A DNA stretch of 64,000 bases from Bacillales bacterium (GTDB taxonomy: Bacteria > Bacillota_I > Bacilli_A > RF39 > UBA660), in contig JAEEZR010000026.1 of the NCBI GenBank assembly GCA_016292035.1, positions 16,655 to 80,654 on the forward strand. Direction: 5' to 3'. Below are positions 8,580 through 17,217 of this stretch, one piece after another. How positions within the stretch are numbered: position 1 is the stretch's first letter; each line of letters begins with the position of its first letter. The notes under the pieces are model-generated. The model did not search any database. It saw only the letters and a list, made by a program, of their open reading frames with translations, and was not told the DNA's origin. A program made the position numbers and the translations under genes.

Positions 8580-10700
8580 ATGAATGACAGAATAATTAAA
8601 TATTTAGAACAAGAAACTAATATAAGTGAAAAAAGAATTAAAAGCGCTCTAAAACTACTAAGTGAAGGGTGCACTATACCATTCATAGCAAGGTATAGAA
8701 AAGAAGTAACTGATAGTTTAAATGAAGAAGAAATAAAACTAATCAGCGATGAATATCAAAGAAATATAAAACTAGAAGAAAGAAAAGAAGCAATAATTGC
8801 TTTAATTGATGAAAAAGGACTTCTAACAGATGAATTAAAAAACGAGATAATGTCTAAAACAAAAATGGTAGAAGTAGAAGACTTGTATTTGCCATATAAA
8901 GAAAAGAAAAAAACTAAAGCATCAGAAGCAATTAAACTAGGACTAGAGCCACTTGCTAAAAAGATAATGTCTTTCCCAGTAAACGGCACTATTGAATCTT
9001 TAGCAAGCAATTATAATATGCCAGTAGAAAAAGCAGTGGAAAATGCAGGCTATATAATAAGTGAATGGATAAGTGACAATGCATATTATAGAAAATGGAT
9101 AAGATCATTTATATATAATAATAGTTTCATAAAAACTAAAAAGAAGAAAGATGCAGTAGACGAAAATAAAACTTATGAAATGTACTATGATTTCAGTGAG
9201 CAAACCAAATATTTAAAACATTATAGATGCCTAGCAATAAACCGAGCAGAAAGTGAAAAAGTAATAACTGTTAGTTTAGATTATGATGAAAAAGAAATAA
9301 TTAATTATTTAGAAGAAAAAGTAATTAGAAATAAAGAATCATTTGTAGTAGAAATCGTAAGAAATGCAATAAAAGACTCTCTAAAAAGATTAATTCTTCC
9401 ATCAATAGAAAGAGAAATAAGAGCTGAAATAAAAGAAAAAGCAGATGTAAAAGCCATAGAAACATTCTCTAAAAACTTATCATCACTACTACTTACTAGA
9501 CCTATCAAAGGAAGAGTTGTAATGGGCTTTGACCCAGCTTTTAGAACAGGATGTAAACTAGCCGTAGTAAGTGAAACAGGAGCACTTCTTGAGATATCTG
9601 TAATATACCCTAACGAACCAGTAAATGATAAAGTAGGAGCAGCAAAAGAGCTAAGAAGATTAATAGATAAGTACAATGTAAAACTAATATCCATTGGAAA
9701 CGGAACAGCATCAAGAGAAAGCGAAAGCTTCGTAAGTGAAGTAATAAAAGGATTAGATGTAAAATACATAATAACAAGTGAAGCAGGAGCATCAATCTAC
9801 TCAGCAAGTAAACTAGCAATCGAGGAATTCCCGGATTTAACAGTAGAAAAAAGAAGTGCTGTATCAATAGCAAGAAGAGTAGAAGACCCACTATCAGAAT
9901 TAGTTAAAATAGATGCAAAAAGTATAGGAGTAGGAGAATACCAATATGATGTTAACCAAAAAGATCTAGCAGAAGCGCTAGACTACACAGTAATGAGCTG
10001 CGTAAACGAAGTTGGTGTAAACGTAAATACTGCATCTAAAAGTATATTAAAATACATAAGTGGTTTAACTAAAAAAGCAGTAGATGAAATAATTTCATAC
10101 AAAGAAAAAAATAAATTTGAAAACAGAGAATCTCTAAAAAGTCTAAAAAGCATAACACCTAAAGTATATGAACAATGCATAGGATTTTTAAGAGTGCCAG
10201 AAAGCTCTAATCAGCTAGATAACACATCAGTCCACCCAGATAACTATAAAGATGCAATAGCTTTATTAAACTACTTAAAATTAGACATAAAAGATATACA
10301 AAGTAAAGAGTTTAAAGAAACACTAGAAAAAGCAAATAAGGAAGAAATAAGTAAAAATACAAATATAAATATATATTTAGTAGAAGATATAATAAAAGAA
10401 CTTAAATCTCCTGGACTAGACCCAAGAGATTATCTAGAAATGCCACTACTTAAAAGTGATATACTAAAGATAGAAGATCTTACTGTAGGAATGAAACTAG
10501 AAGGAACAGTAAGAAACGTTGCCTCTTTTGGTGCTTTCGTAGATATTGGACTAAAGAATGATGCGCTAATTCATATATCTAAAATGAGTAAAAACTTCGT
10601 AAAAGATGCATCAGAAATAGTAAATGTAGGAGACATAATTAAATGCACCGTAGATAAAATAGACTTAGAAAAGAAACAAGTATCTCTAAGCTTAATATAA
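8580..10700 (+). CDS. tex: Tex-like transcription accessory protein (YqgF + HhH + S1 domains)
   Basis: N-terminal IPFIARYRKE motif, YqgF-like GFDPAFRTGCKLAVV, C-terminal S1 domain (GMKLEGTVRNVASFGAFVDIG). Confidence 0.9.
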   Translation: MNDRIIKYLEQETNISEKRIKSALKLLSEGCTIPFIARYRKEVTDSLNEEEIKLISDEYQRNIKLEERKEAIIALIDEKGLLTDELKNEIMSKTKMVEVEDLYLPYKEKKKTKASEAIKLGLEPLAKKIMSFPVNGTIESLASNYNMPVEKAVENAGYIISEWISDNAYYRKWIRSFIYNNSFIKTKKKKDAVDENKTYEMYYDFSEQTKYLKHYRCLAINRAESEKVITVSLDYDEKEIINYLEEKVIRNKESFVVEIVRNAIKDSLKRLILPSIEREIRAEIKEKADVKAIETFSKNLSSLLLTRPIKGRVVMGFDPAFRTGCKLAVVSETGALLEISVIYPNEPVNDKVGAAKELRRLIDKYNVKLISIGNGTASRESESFVSEVIKGLDVKYIITSEAGASIYSASKLAIEEFPDLTVEKRSAVSIARRVEDPLSELVKIDAKSIGVGEYQYDVNQKDLAEALDYTVMSCVNEVGVNVNTASKSILKYISGLTKKAVDEIISYKEKNKFENRESLKSLKSITPKVYEQCIGFLRVPESSNQLDNTSVHPDNYKDAIALLNYLKLDIKDIQSKEFKETLEKANKEEISKNTNINIYLVEDIIKELKSPGLDPRDYLEMPLLKSDILKIEDLTVGMKLEGTVRNVASFGAFVDIGLKNDALIHISKMSKNFVKDASEIVNVGDIIKCTVDKIDLEKKQVSLSLI

Positions 10701-10701
10701 C

Positions 10702-10733
10702 AAAAAAAGGAAGATTTTATCTTCCTAATATTT
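10702..10733. terminator. bidirectional hairpin terminator (tex / small minus-strand ORF)
   Basis: AGGAAGAT-TTT-ATCTTCCT stem flanked by an A-run on one side and a T-rich run on the other. Confidence 0.6.
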
Positions 10734-10827
10734 GAAGTATTCCTCCTCCAACGAAGAAAAGTACTATTAAAATTAATGCTGCCCACACTAATACTCTAAG
10801 TATTAGTGTTTTTGTTTTCTTTTTCAT
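10717..10827 (-). CDS. unannotated 36-aa small membrane peptide (MKKKTKTLILRVLVWAALILIVLFFVGGGILQILGR)
   Basis: ATG at 10827 preceded by AGGTGA. Basic N-terminus plus one TM helix. Stop at 10717-10719 sits inside a hairpin + T-run terminator. Too short for the supplied ORF track. Confidence 0.4.
   Translation of the reverse strand: MKKKTKTLILRVLVWAALILIVLFFVGGGILQILGR
10785..10825 (+). terminator. plus-strand hairpin + T-run lying inside the small minus-strand ORF
   Basis: ACACTAATAC / GTATTAGTGT 10-bp stem followed by TTTTGTTTTCTTTTT. Confidence 0.5.
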
Positions 10828-10891
10828 AAATTCACCTATAGTAATTATAAACTATTTTTCATAATTTTTAAACTATAAAATATAATATAAC

Positions 10892-11458
10892 ATGAAAAAT
10901 ATAGTAAACAAAAAAGAAATAATCCCAGCATTAACATCAGCATTAATAGGAGTAATATTTGGACTAATATACATTTTTATAATATCAAAGGTAGACAAGA
11001 TAAATCTTACGGCAAATATAAGCTCATATATAAGTGATATCAAGATCAATAATATATTAAGTGAAATAACAAGAAACACTCTTAGCATAGCACTAATAAC
11101 AGTATTTTCAGTAGTAATTCCTTTATCCCCACTAGCTCTTCTAATTACTTTCTATAAAGGAATTAAAATAGGCTTTTTAGTATCCTCACTAATATACACT
11201 TATAGATTAAAATCAATAAAATACTTATTAATATTGCTTCCAAAAGAGATATTATTAATAGCCATAATGATTATTTACACAACAATATCACTTAAATTTA
11301 CTAATAACTTAATAATGCTAATAAAAAATAGAAAAAGTCTAGATATAAGACTATATTTCAAAAGAATATCATTATTATTTGTAATATTTTCTATAGCAGT
11401 ATCAACAGTAATATTAATAAGTACTTTAATAAGTACATTTTTAATCTCTAAAATATAG
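10892..11458 (+). CDS. SpoIIM/DUF95-like integral membrane protein
   Basis: 188 aa, 4-5 TM helices, NN...ITRNT...YKGIKIGF pattern reminiscent of SpoIIM. By-eye call. Confidence 0.4.
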   Translation: MKNIVNKKEIIPALTSALIGVIFGLIYIFIISKVDKINLTANISSYISDIKINNILSEITRNTLSIALITVFSVVIPLSPLALLITFYKGIKIGFLVSSLIYTYRLKSIKYLLILLPKEILLIAIMIIYTTISLKFTNNLIMLIKNRKSLDIRLYFKRISLLFVIFSIAVSTVILISTLISTFLISKI

Positions 11459-11508
11459 ACAAATAATATAAAAAATGTTATAATGTTTAGGCAAAAAGGA
11501 GGTATTCC

Positions 11509-12600
11509 ATGAAAGTAGTAGTAGGAATGAGTGGCGGCGTAGACTCAGCAGTATCTGCATATTTACTAGACAAAGAAGGATACGAAGTAATTGGCTTATT
11601 CATGAAAAATTGGGACTCAAATATAAACAACGATAAAGAGGGTATAACTGATGGAATATGTCCTCAAGAGCAAGACTATATAGACGCAAAAAAAGTGTGC
11701 GATCATATAGGAATACCATTATATAGAGTAGACTTTATAAAAGAATATTGGGATAGTGTGTTTTCATACTTTCTAGATGAATTAAAAAAAGGAAGAACAC
11801 CAAATCCAGATATAATGTGTAATAAATATATAAAATTTGATTTATTTAAAAAAGAAGCATATAAGCTAGGTGCTGAAAAGGTAGCAACTGGTCACTATGC
11901 AAGAATAGAAGGTAATAGACTATTAAGAGGAGTAGATTCAAACAAAGATCAAACTTACTTTTTATCTCAAGTTAAACCAGAAGAATTTAAAGATGTATTA
12001 TTCCCAGTAGGGCGCTTAACTAAAGAAGAAGTAAGAAAAATAGCTAAAGAAGCATCTCTTCCAGTAGCTGAAAAGAAAGATTCTACAGGAATATGTTTCA
12101 TTGGAGAAAGACACTATCAAGAATTTGTATCCAATTACTTAAAAGGTAAAGAAGGAGATATCGTAGATATTGATACAATGAAAGTAATTGGTAAACATAA
12201 AGGCTTAATGAATTATACAATAGGCCAAAGAAAAAATGTAGGAATATCTGGCTATCCAGATAGGCACTATGTATGTGGCAAGGACACTGAAAAGAATATA
12301 CTATATGTAGCCTTTGGTGATGATAATAAATACTTAGAAAGTGATGAAGCTCTAATTGAACAAATGAACTTCATAAGTAGCAAACATCCAACATTCGCAA
12401 GTTGTAAATTTAGATATAGAGCTAAAGATGTACAAGTACAAATAGAATATCTAGACGAAACAAATTTAATTGTAAAATATAATAGCGAAAAGGCTGTTAC
12501 ACCAGGTCAAGCTTGTGTTATCTATTTAGGAGAACAAGTAATAGGTGGAGGAATAATAAAAGAAGTTAGAAAAGGGGGCAAAAAGCTTTGGTATTTATAA
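11509..12600 (+). CDS. mnmA: tRNA 2-thiouridine(34) synthase MnmA
   Basis: PP-loop VVGMSGGVDSAV, NPDIMCN and DSTGICFIGE motifs. Confidence 0.9.
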   Translation: MKVVVGMSGGVDSAVSAYLLDKEGYEVIGLFMKNWDSNINNDKEGITDGICPQEQDYIDAKKVCDHIGIPLYRVDFIKEYWDSVFSYFLDELKKGRTPNPDIMCNKYIKFDLFKKEAYKLGAEKVATGHYARIEGNRLLRGVDSNKDQTYFLSQVKPEEFKDVLFPVGRLTKEEVRKIAKEASLPVAEKKDSTGICFIGERHYQEFVSNYLKGKEGDIVDIDTMKVIGKHKGLMNYTIGQRKNVGISGYPDRHYVCGKDTEKNILYVAFGDDNKYLESDEALIEQMNFISSKHPTFASCKFRYRAKDVQVQIEYLDETNLIVKYNSEKAVTPGQACVIYLGEQVIGGGIIKEVRKGGKKLWYL

Positions 12601-12639
12601 CTTATATATTATAAATAATAAGCTTATGAAAGGATAAAA

Positions 12640-13101
12640 ATGACACAAAAAATGAGGGAGTATAAACGAAACTCAGAAGAATTACTGTACTCCTGCACTT
12701 GCAAAGATAATTCAAAAATGTGCAAAGAAGTTAGAAAACTAATTGGCAGAAAGGACATATCAAAATTACAAGAAATAATTGAAAATGAGGACTTTGATCC
12801 AAATGAAAGATTTGATTCAGCATATGTAGCAGGGGAAAACTTTATTAATTATGCGATAAATAATTCATGTTATGAAGCAGCAAAAATAATGCTTAATAAA
12901 AGAACAATAAAACTTTCTAAAGATGATAAAGAAAGAATGTTACTCCAATTAATATCTCAAAGAAAATTCAAGCTATTATATCATTTAATTGAAACAATAG
13001 AAAACAAAAAAATAAACATAGTAAGATATATATTAGGAGTGGCAAAACAAGACTATGAAACAATAGTAGAGCCAACTAAAAGACTAAAAAGTAATGCTTA
13101 A
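12640..13101 (+). CDS. hypothetical protein
   Basis: 153-aa ORF with RBS AAAGGA. No motif recognised. Confidence 0.4.
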   Translation: MTQKMREYKRNSEELLYSCTCKDNSKMCKEVRKLIGRKDISKLQEIIENEDFDPNERFDSAYVAGENFINYAINNSCYEAAKIMLNKRTIKLSKDDKERMLLQLISQRKFKLLYHLIETIENKKINIVRYILGVAKQDYETIVEPTKRLKSNA

Positions 13102-13136
13102 TAGTATTGCTTTTTTAATTTACCTTTAATTTACAC

Positions 13137-13166
13137 TTGACATATCAATGTAAAGCATTGTAAAAT
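13137..13166 (+). promoter_or_regulatory. sigma-A-type promoter (TTGACA-18-TAAAAT)
   Basis: TTGACA at 13137-13142 and TAAAAT at 13161-13166, upstream of the 13199 gene. Confidence 0.5.
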
Positions 13167-13198
13167 GATATTGTAAGATAAGGGAGAGTGTAGTAGGG

Positions 13199-13996
13199 AT
13201 GGAAAATCTTAACAATTTATTACAGGAATTAGGAATATCTAAGGTAAAATTAGCAAAATATTTAGGAGTATCTAGACAAATGATATATAACTATCTAGAG
13301 CTAGAAAGCCTAAATAAATGGCCTAAGGAAAAGAAAATTCAACTATTTAAATTACTAGATATTGAAAATGGTGATGATGACACAATCAAAAACGTAAAAG
13401 TAAACGCTGAATATTTAGAAAATGTAGAAGCTAGATTAAATCAATCAATTAAGTCTTCATCAAGTCAAGATACTTATTTCAATCTAAAAGATTTACAGAA
13501 AGATGAACAAGTACTTGTAAATGATTTAATTAATTTAATAAAAGAAAAATTTACTGAAGAAAAAAATAAAGATACATACTATGAATTCTTATATTTATAT
13601 CATGCTTTGCAATCAATTGATAGTATACCTGAAATTAAATATATACTTGCATATTTATCAAAAACTACAGGATTTAGTGATCCTATGGAATTTAAGTTTG
13701 ATGAAACTGCACAGTTCATATTAGAAAGTATAGTATTTACTGCAATGAATCTATATAACAATGGTGGAGCACAAAAGAGTAAGCTAATATCAGCTCACGA
13801 AAGATTTGTAAAAGAGATAGAGAATAATAAAGAAGAAGTTCTATCTAGAACAGAAAAAATAACTATAGAAAAGATTCAAGCATTAAGAGAACTTGGATAT
13901 GACAAAATAACTACAGAAAATGCACAAGAAGTAATAGCTAAGATTGCTGAAATACAATCAAGAAAAGTTATTATGGGAGATAAGAAAGGGGAGTAA
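13199..13996 (+). CDS. XRE-type helix-turn-helix protein with long helical C-terminal domain
   Basis: N-terminus LLQELGISKVKLAKYLGVSRQMIYNYLE is a classic HTH. Confidence 0.5.
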   Translation: MENLNNLLQELGISKVKLAKYLGVSRQMIYNYLELESLNKWPKEKKIQLFKLLDIENGDDDTIKNVKVNAEYLENVEARLNQSIKSSSSQDTYFNLKDLQKDEQVLVNDLINLIKEKFTEEKNKDTYYEFLYLYHALQSIDSIPEIKYILAYLSKTTGFSDPMEFKFDETAQFILESIVFTAMNLYNNGGAQKSKLISAHERFVKEIENNKEEVLSRTEKITIEKIQALRELGYDKITTENAQEVIAKIAEIQSRKVIMGDKKGE

Positions 13997-14018
13997 TCAT
14001 AAAGATTACTTTTCTTTT
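13992..14018 (+). terminator. rho-independent terminator
   Basis: AGTAATC-ATAAA-GATTACT followed by TTTCTTTT. Confidence 0.55.
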
Positions 14019-14073
14019 AATTAATAGAACTTAACATAATATATATTATACGAAGTTGAAAGAATAGCAAAAA

Positions 14074-14820
14074 TTATAGTAGAATTAAGCTTAATATTGC
14101 AGTTAAACTACCTACTATAGCACCAATAATGCTATTCTTTTTATTATTATATATAATTATCTGAGGAATTAATTCATTAATAACTAATCCTATCATTAAT
14201 CCAGATACTATTAATAATACTATATTTAACATTAATTCATTTAAATATCCCCTAAATAGTGTATAAGCACAAATCGCTCCCAGAGGCTCTGAAATAGAAC
14301 ATATAAGGCAATATATCACCCCACTTCGTCTCACAGACTTTGCTTGTCCAAGAGATGAACTGATAATAATGCCTTCAGGTATATTATGCATTAAAATCGC
14401 TAGAGAAAGCCTTAAACCAGATCTTAAATCATTATATGAACTAATAAATGTAGCAATACCTTCTGGAAAGTTATGAATAGTTAAGCAAATTGCACTAATG
14501 ACCCCTACTCTATATAATCCATCATTTGAAAGTAGGGGGCTTATTTTCTCAAACAATCTAATTACAATATTACCTATAATTAAAGATATAATAATTAAAA
14601 CTGAACTAATTAATAGATTATATCTAATATAAAAGAAATAGCTAACCTGTGGTAATAATTCAAGTAGGGTAAGAAAAGAAATGCTAAAAGCACTAAATGA
14701 TAAAAATAAAGCACTAACCCCTTCCCTATCCTTAAAATCAATAAAAAGTATAAGAGATCCAATTAAAGTACCAAAACCAGCTATAGAAGATATAATAATT
14801 GAAACCAATGCATTACTCAT
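14074..14820 (-). CDS. zupT: ZIP-family zinc transporter ZupT
   Basis: Two HN(F/I)PEGI motifs (HNFPEGIATF, HNIPEGIII) in a multi-TM protein. Confidence 0.75.
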   Translation of the reverse strand: MSNALVSIIISSIAGFGTLIGSLILFIDFKDREGVSALFLSFSAFSISFLTLLELLPQVSYFFYIRYNLLISSVLIIISLIIGNIVIRLFEKISPLLSNDGLYRVGVISAICLTIHNFPEGIATFISSYNDLRSGLRLSLAILMHNIPEGIIISSSLGQAKSVRRSGVIYCLICSISEPLGAICAYTLFRGYLNELMLNIVLLIVSGLMIGLVINELIPQIIIYNNKKNSIIGAIVGSLTAILSLILL

Positions 14821-14913
14821 AATAAAGTATATTAAATGGTAAATATTGTATGCCTAAATGATGAATTATATATATAAATTAATACATAATAATTACAGAT
14901 AGGAGGTATTGTT

Positions 14914-15024
14914 ATGGAAAGAAGTAATAAAAGAGCTTCAAAAGCATCTAAAAACAGTTCAAGAAGCAATTGCAAAAGAAGTGCAAGAAGCACTAAAAAC
15001 AGTTCAAGAAATAGCAATAATTAA
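14914..15024 (+). CDS. unannotated 36-aa highly basic Ser/Asn/Lys/Arg-rich peptide (MERSNKRASKASKNSSRSNCKRSARSTKNSSRNSNN)
   Basis: AGGAGG at 14901-14906 lies 7 nt before the ATG. TAA at 15022-15024 is followed directly by a 9-bp hairpin + T-run. There is an in-frame 18-nt direct repeat 45 nt apart. Confidence 0.45.
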   Translation: MERSNKRASKASKNSSRSNCKRSARSTKNSSRNSNN

Positions 15025-15026
15025 AA

Positions 15027-15055
15027 AAGAAGAGAATATCTCTTCTTTTTATTTT
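15027..15055. terminator. bidirectional terminator (small ORF / deoB)
   Basis: AAGAAGAGA-ATA-TCTCTTCTT stem with A-run and T-run flanks. Confidence 0.65.
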
Positions 15056-16206
15056 AAATACTTTAGAAAACTTTCCCCTACTCCTAAATCATTATTAATA
15101 CCAAAGTTTTCAATAATAGTAGCGCCAATATTAGCAAAAGTTTTACCATTAGGAAGAGCGCCTCTATATTTAAATCCTTTTGAATAACATATTAAAGGCA
15201 CATTCTCTCTAGTATGATCAGTACCTTTATATGTAGGATCATTACCATGATCAGCAGTAAATATAACTAAATCATCATCCTTAAGTTGGCAGAAGAATGG
15301 ATATAGATTATGATCTAATTCTTCAATGCAATTCTTATATCCTATCTTATCTCTTCTATGACCATATAATGTATCAAAATCATTCAAATTAAGGAAACAT
15401 AGTCCTCTAAAATCACTTTTAGCAACATCTGTAAGCTTAATTAATCCATCTAGATTGTTCTTAGTCTTAAGAGCGCTAGTCATGTTTTTATCAGCAAATA
15501 TATCCTTAATCTTACCTAAAGCTATAACATCTAGTCCATTTTCATATAAAAGCTCCATATAATTTCTAGGAGGCTCCTGTGTGAAATCCTTTCTGCTAGC
15601 AGTTCTAGTATAATTAGGATACTCTCCCACAAACGGTCTAGCTATTACTCTAGCAATTTTATAAGTATCATTAAATATAAGCTTTGATACCTTTTCACAA
15701 ATATCATATAACTCATCTACCGGAATAACTTCTTCATGAGCAGCTATTTGAAGTACAGAGTCTTCACTAGTATAAACAATTATTGAACCAGTTTTAATAT
15801 GCTCTTGTCCTAATTCTTTAATAATTTCAGTACCAGAAGCAGCTTTATTACCAATTACAGTCCTTCCTGTAACACGCTGAATCTCACTAATTAAGACAAG
15901 AGGGAATCCATCGGGATAAGTCATAAAAGGTTTATCAAAAATGGTACCCATCATTTCATAGTGTCCATTTAATGTATCCTTAGCAAGATTAGAAGGCTCT
16001 AGTTTGCCATAATAGCCACATTTTGCCTCAACCTTATTATCTACTAGTGAGATAAGCCCTAACTTCTCAAATAAAGGTAAATTATAATTTTCACCTTCTA
16101 AAGCATGTTTAAGAGTATTAGAGCCTTTATCATCATACTTTTCTGCATCTTTAGCCTCTCCTACACCCAAACTGTCCATAACAATTAAAAATACTCTTTT
16201 AAACAC
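15049..16206 (-). CDS. deoB: phosphopentomutase
   Basis: N-terminal VFLIVMDSLGVGEA and C-terminal ADHGNDPTYKGTDHTRE motifs. Confidence 0.9.
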   Translation of the reverse strand: MFKRVFLIVMDSLGVGEAKDAEKYDDKGSNTLKHALEGENYNLPLFEKLGLISLVDNKVEAKCGYYGKLEPSNLAKDTLNGHYEMMGTIFDKPFMTYPDGFPLVLISEIQRVTGRTVIGNKAASGTEIIKELGQEHIKTGSIIVYTSEDSVLQIAAHEEVIPVDELYDICEKVSKLIFNDTYKIARVIARPFVGEYPNYTRTASRKDFTQEPPRNYMELLYENGLDVIALGKIKDIFADKNMTSALKTKNNLDGLIKLTDVAKSDFRGLCFLNLNDFDTLYGHRRDKIGYKNCIEELDHNLYPFFCQLKDDDLVIFTADHGNDPTYKGTDHTRENVPLICYSKGFKYRGALPNGKTFANIGATIIENFGINNDLGVGESFLKYLK

Positions 16207-16208
16207 AA

Positions 16209-17084
16209 TTAATCCTCCTTTTTAGCCCTTGGATGATATTCATCATAATTTCTTTTAAGAATATCATTAGCAACATAAGTATAAATATTAGTAGTAGATA
16301 TATTCTCATGCCCTAGCATTTCTTGAATACTTCTTAAATCAGCACCACCTTCAAGAAGATGAGTTGCAAATGAATGCCTTAGAGTATGAGGAGTTATATC
16401 CTTATTAATATTGCTTTTTTCTTTAATATCATTAAGAATAAATGAAAAGCCAAATCTACTAATAGCTTTACCATGATTATTCAAAAAAAGCTTATCACAA
16501 ACAGATCCTTTCTTAACTAAGAATGAACGATGTTCTTCTAAATACTTTTTTAAATAATACGATGCATATTCTCCAAGAGGAACTATTCTTTCTTTTTTCC
16601 CTTTACCATAAATTTTTAATACGCTGTTTTCAAAATCAACACTGCTATAATCTAAATTAACAAGCTCACTAACTCTAAGTCCACTAGAGTACATAAGCTC
16701 CATCATAGCCTTGTTTCTATAATCAAAATGAGTAACAAGTGGAATATTAAGCAGTTGATCTACTTCTTCAACAGTTAAATACTTAGGAAGCTTCTTATTA
16801 GTTTTTAAAGCACTAATATCTTCCATAGGATTAGCATTTATCTTACCTTCTTCTAAAAGATATAAATAAAAGCCATTAATAGAAGATAAATGTCTATTGA
16901 TACTTCTAGCGTCCATACTTTCATGTAAAAAACTTATATAATTAGATATATCACTAGAACTAACACTAAGTAAATCTTTTTTAATGTAGTTTAGAAAATT
17001 ATTTAAATCCAAAACATACGAAGAAATAGTATTTTCACTAAGCTTCTTTTCTGTTTTTAAAAATAAAATATAATCATCTACCAT
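16209..17084 (-). CDS. xerD: tyrosine recombinase XerD/XerC family (chromosome dimer resolution)
   Basis: HTLRHSFATHLLEGGADLRSIQEMLGHENISTTNIYTYV catalytic region. Adjacent to deoB, as ripX-drm is in Bacillus. Confidence 0.8.
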   Translation of the reverse strand: MVDDYILFLKTEKKLSENTISSYVLDLNNFLNYIKKDLLSVSSSDISNYISFLHESMDARSINRHLSSINGFYLYLLEEGKINANPMEDISALKTNKKLPKYLTVEEVDQLLNIPLVTHFDYRNKAMMELMYSSGLRVSELVNLDYSSVDFENSVLKIYGKGKKERIVPLGEYASYYLKKYLEEHRSFLVKKGSVCDKLFLNNHGKAISRFGFSFILNDIKEKSNINKDITPHTLRHSFATHLLEGGADLRSIQEMLGHENISTTNIYTYVANDILKRNYDEYHPRAKKED

Positions 17085-17170
17085 ATCCTATTACCCTACA
17101 CTATTATAGCAAAAAAATAAAAAAATAAATAGACAAAAACGCAAATAAAGACATTTGTTTGTTAAAAATA

Positions 17171-17199
17171 TTGATAAGCCCTACTCTTTTTGGTAAAAT
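17171..17199 (+). promoter_or_regulatory. sigma-A-type promoter (TTGATA-17-TAAAAT) for rarA
   Basis: Hexamers at 17171-17176 and 17194-17199. RBS AGGTG precedes the ATG at 17218. Confidence 0.5.
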
Positions 17200-17217
17200 T
17201 AAATTAGGTGAAATATA

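Noticed and set aside
9305-9891. Minus-strand ORFs of 154 aa and 93 aa inside tex. Similar antisense ORFs lie inside secDF (32325-33143), spoIVB, polA, comEC-side genes and others.
   Set aside because: These are typical antisense shadow ORFs of an AT-rich genome with low-complexity Ser/Leu/Phe composition. Each is fully contained in a well-supported gene on the other strand.
10571-10786. Track ORF (-, 71 aa) overlapping the end of tex.
   Set aside because: It is mostly antisense to the tex coding sequence and has no RBS. It is in a different frame from the RBS-supported 36-aa ORF at 10717-10827.
14832-15187. Track ORFs 14909-15187 (+, 92 aa) and 14832-15017 (-, 61 aa).
   Set aside because: The plus ORF starts at a TTG only 2 nt after the SD, reads through a terminator hairpin and runs antisense into deoB. 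The minus ORF is Leu-rich with no RBS. The third frame (14914-15024) has the proper RBS spacing and terminator.
16209-17084. Tyrosine recombinase as a possible integrase for the accessory island.
   Set aside because: It has the XerD-type catalytic region and sits next to deoB as ripX does in Bacillus. It is about 20 kb from the island with core genes in between.
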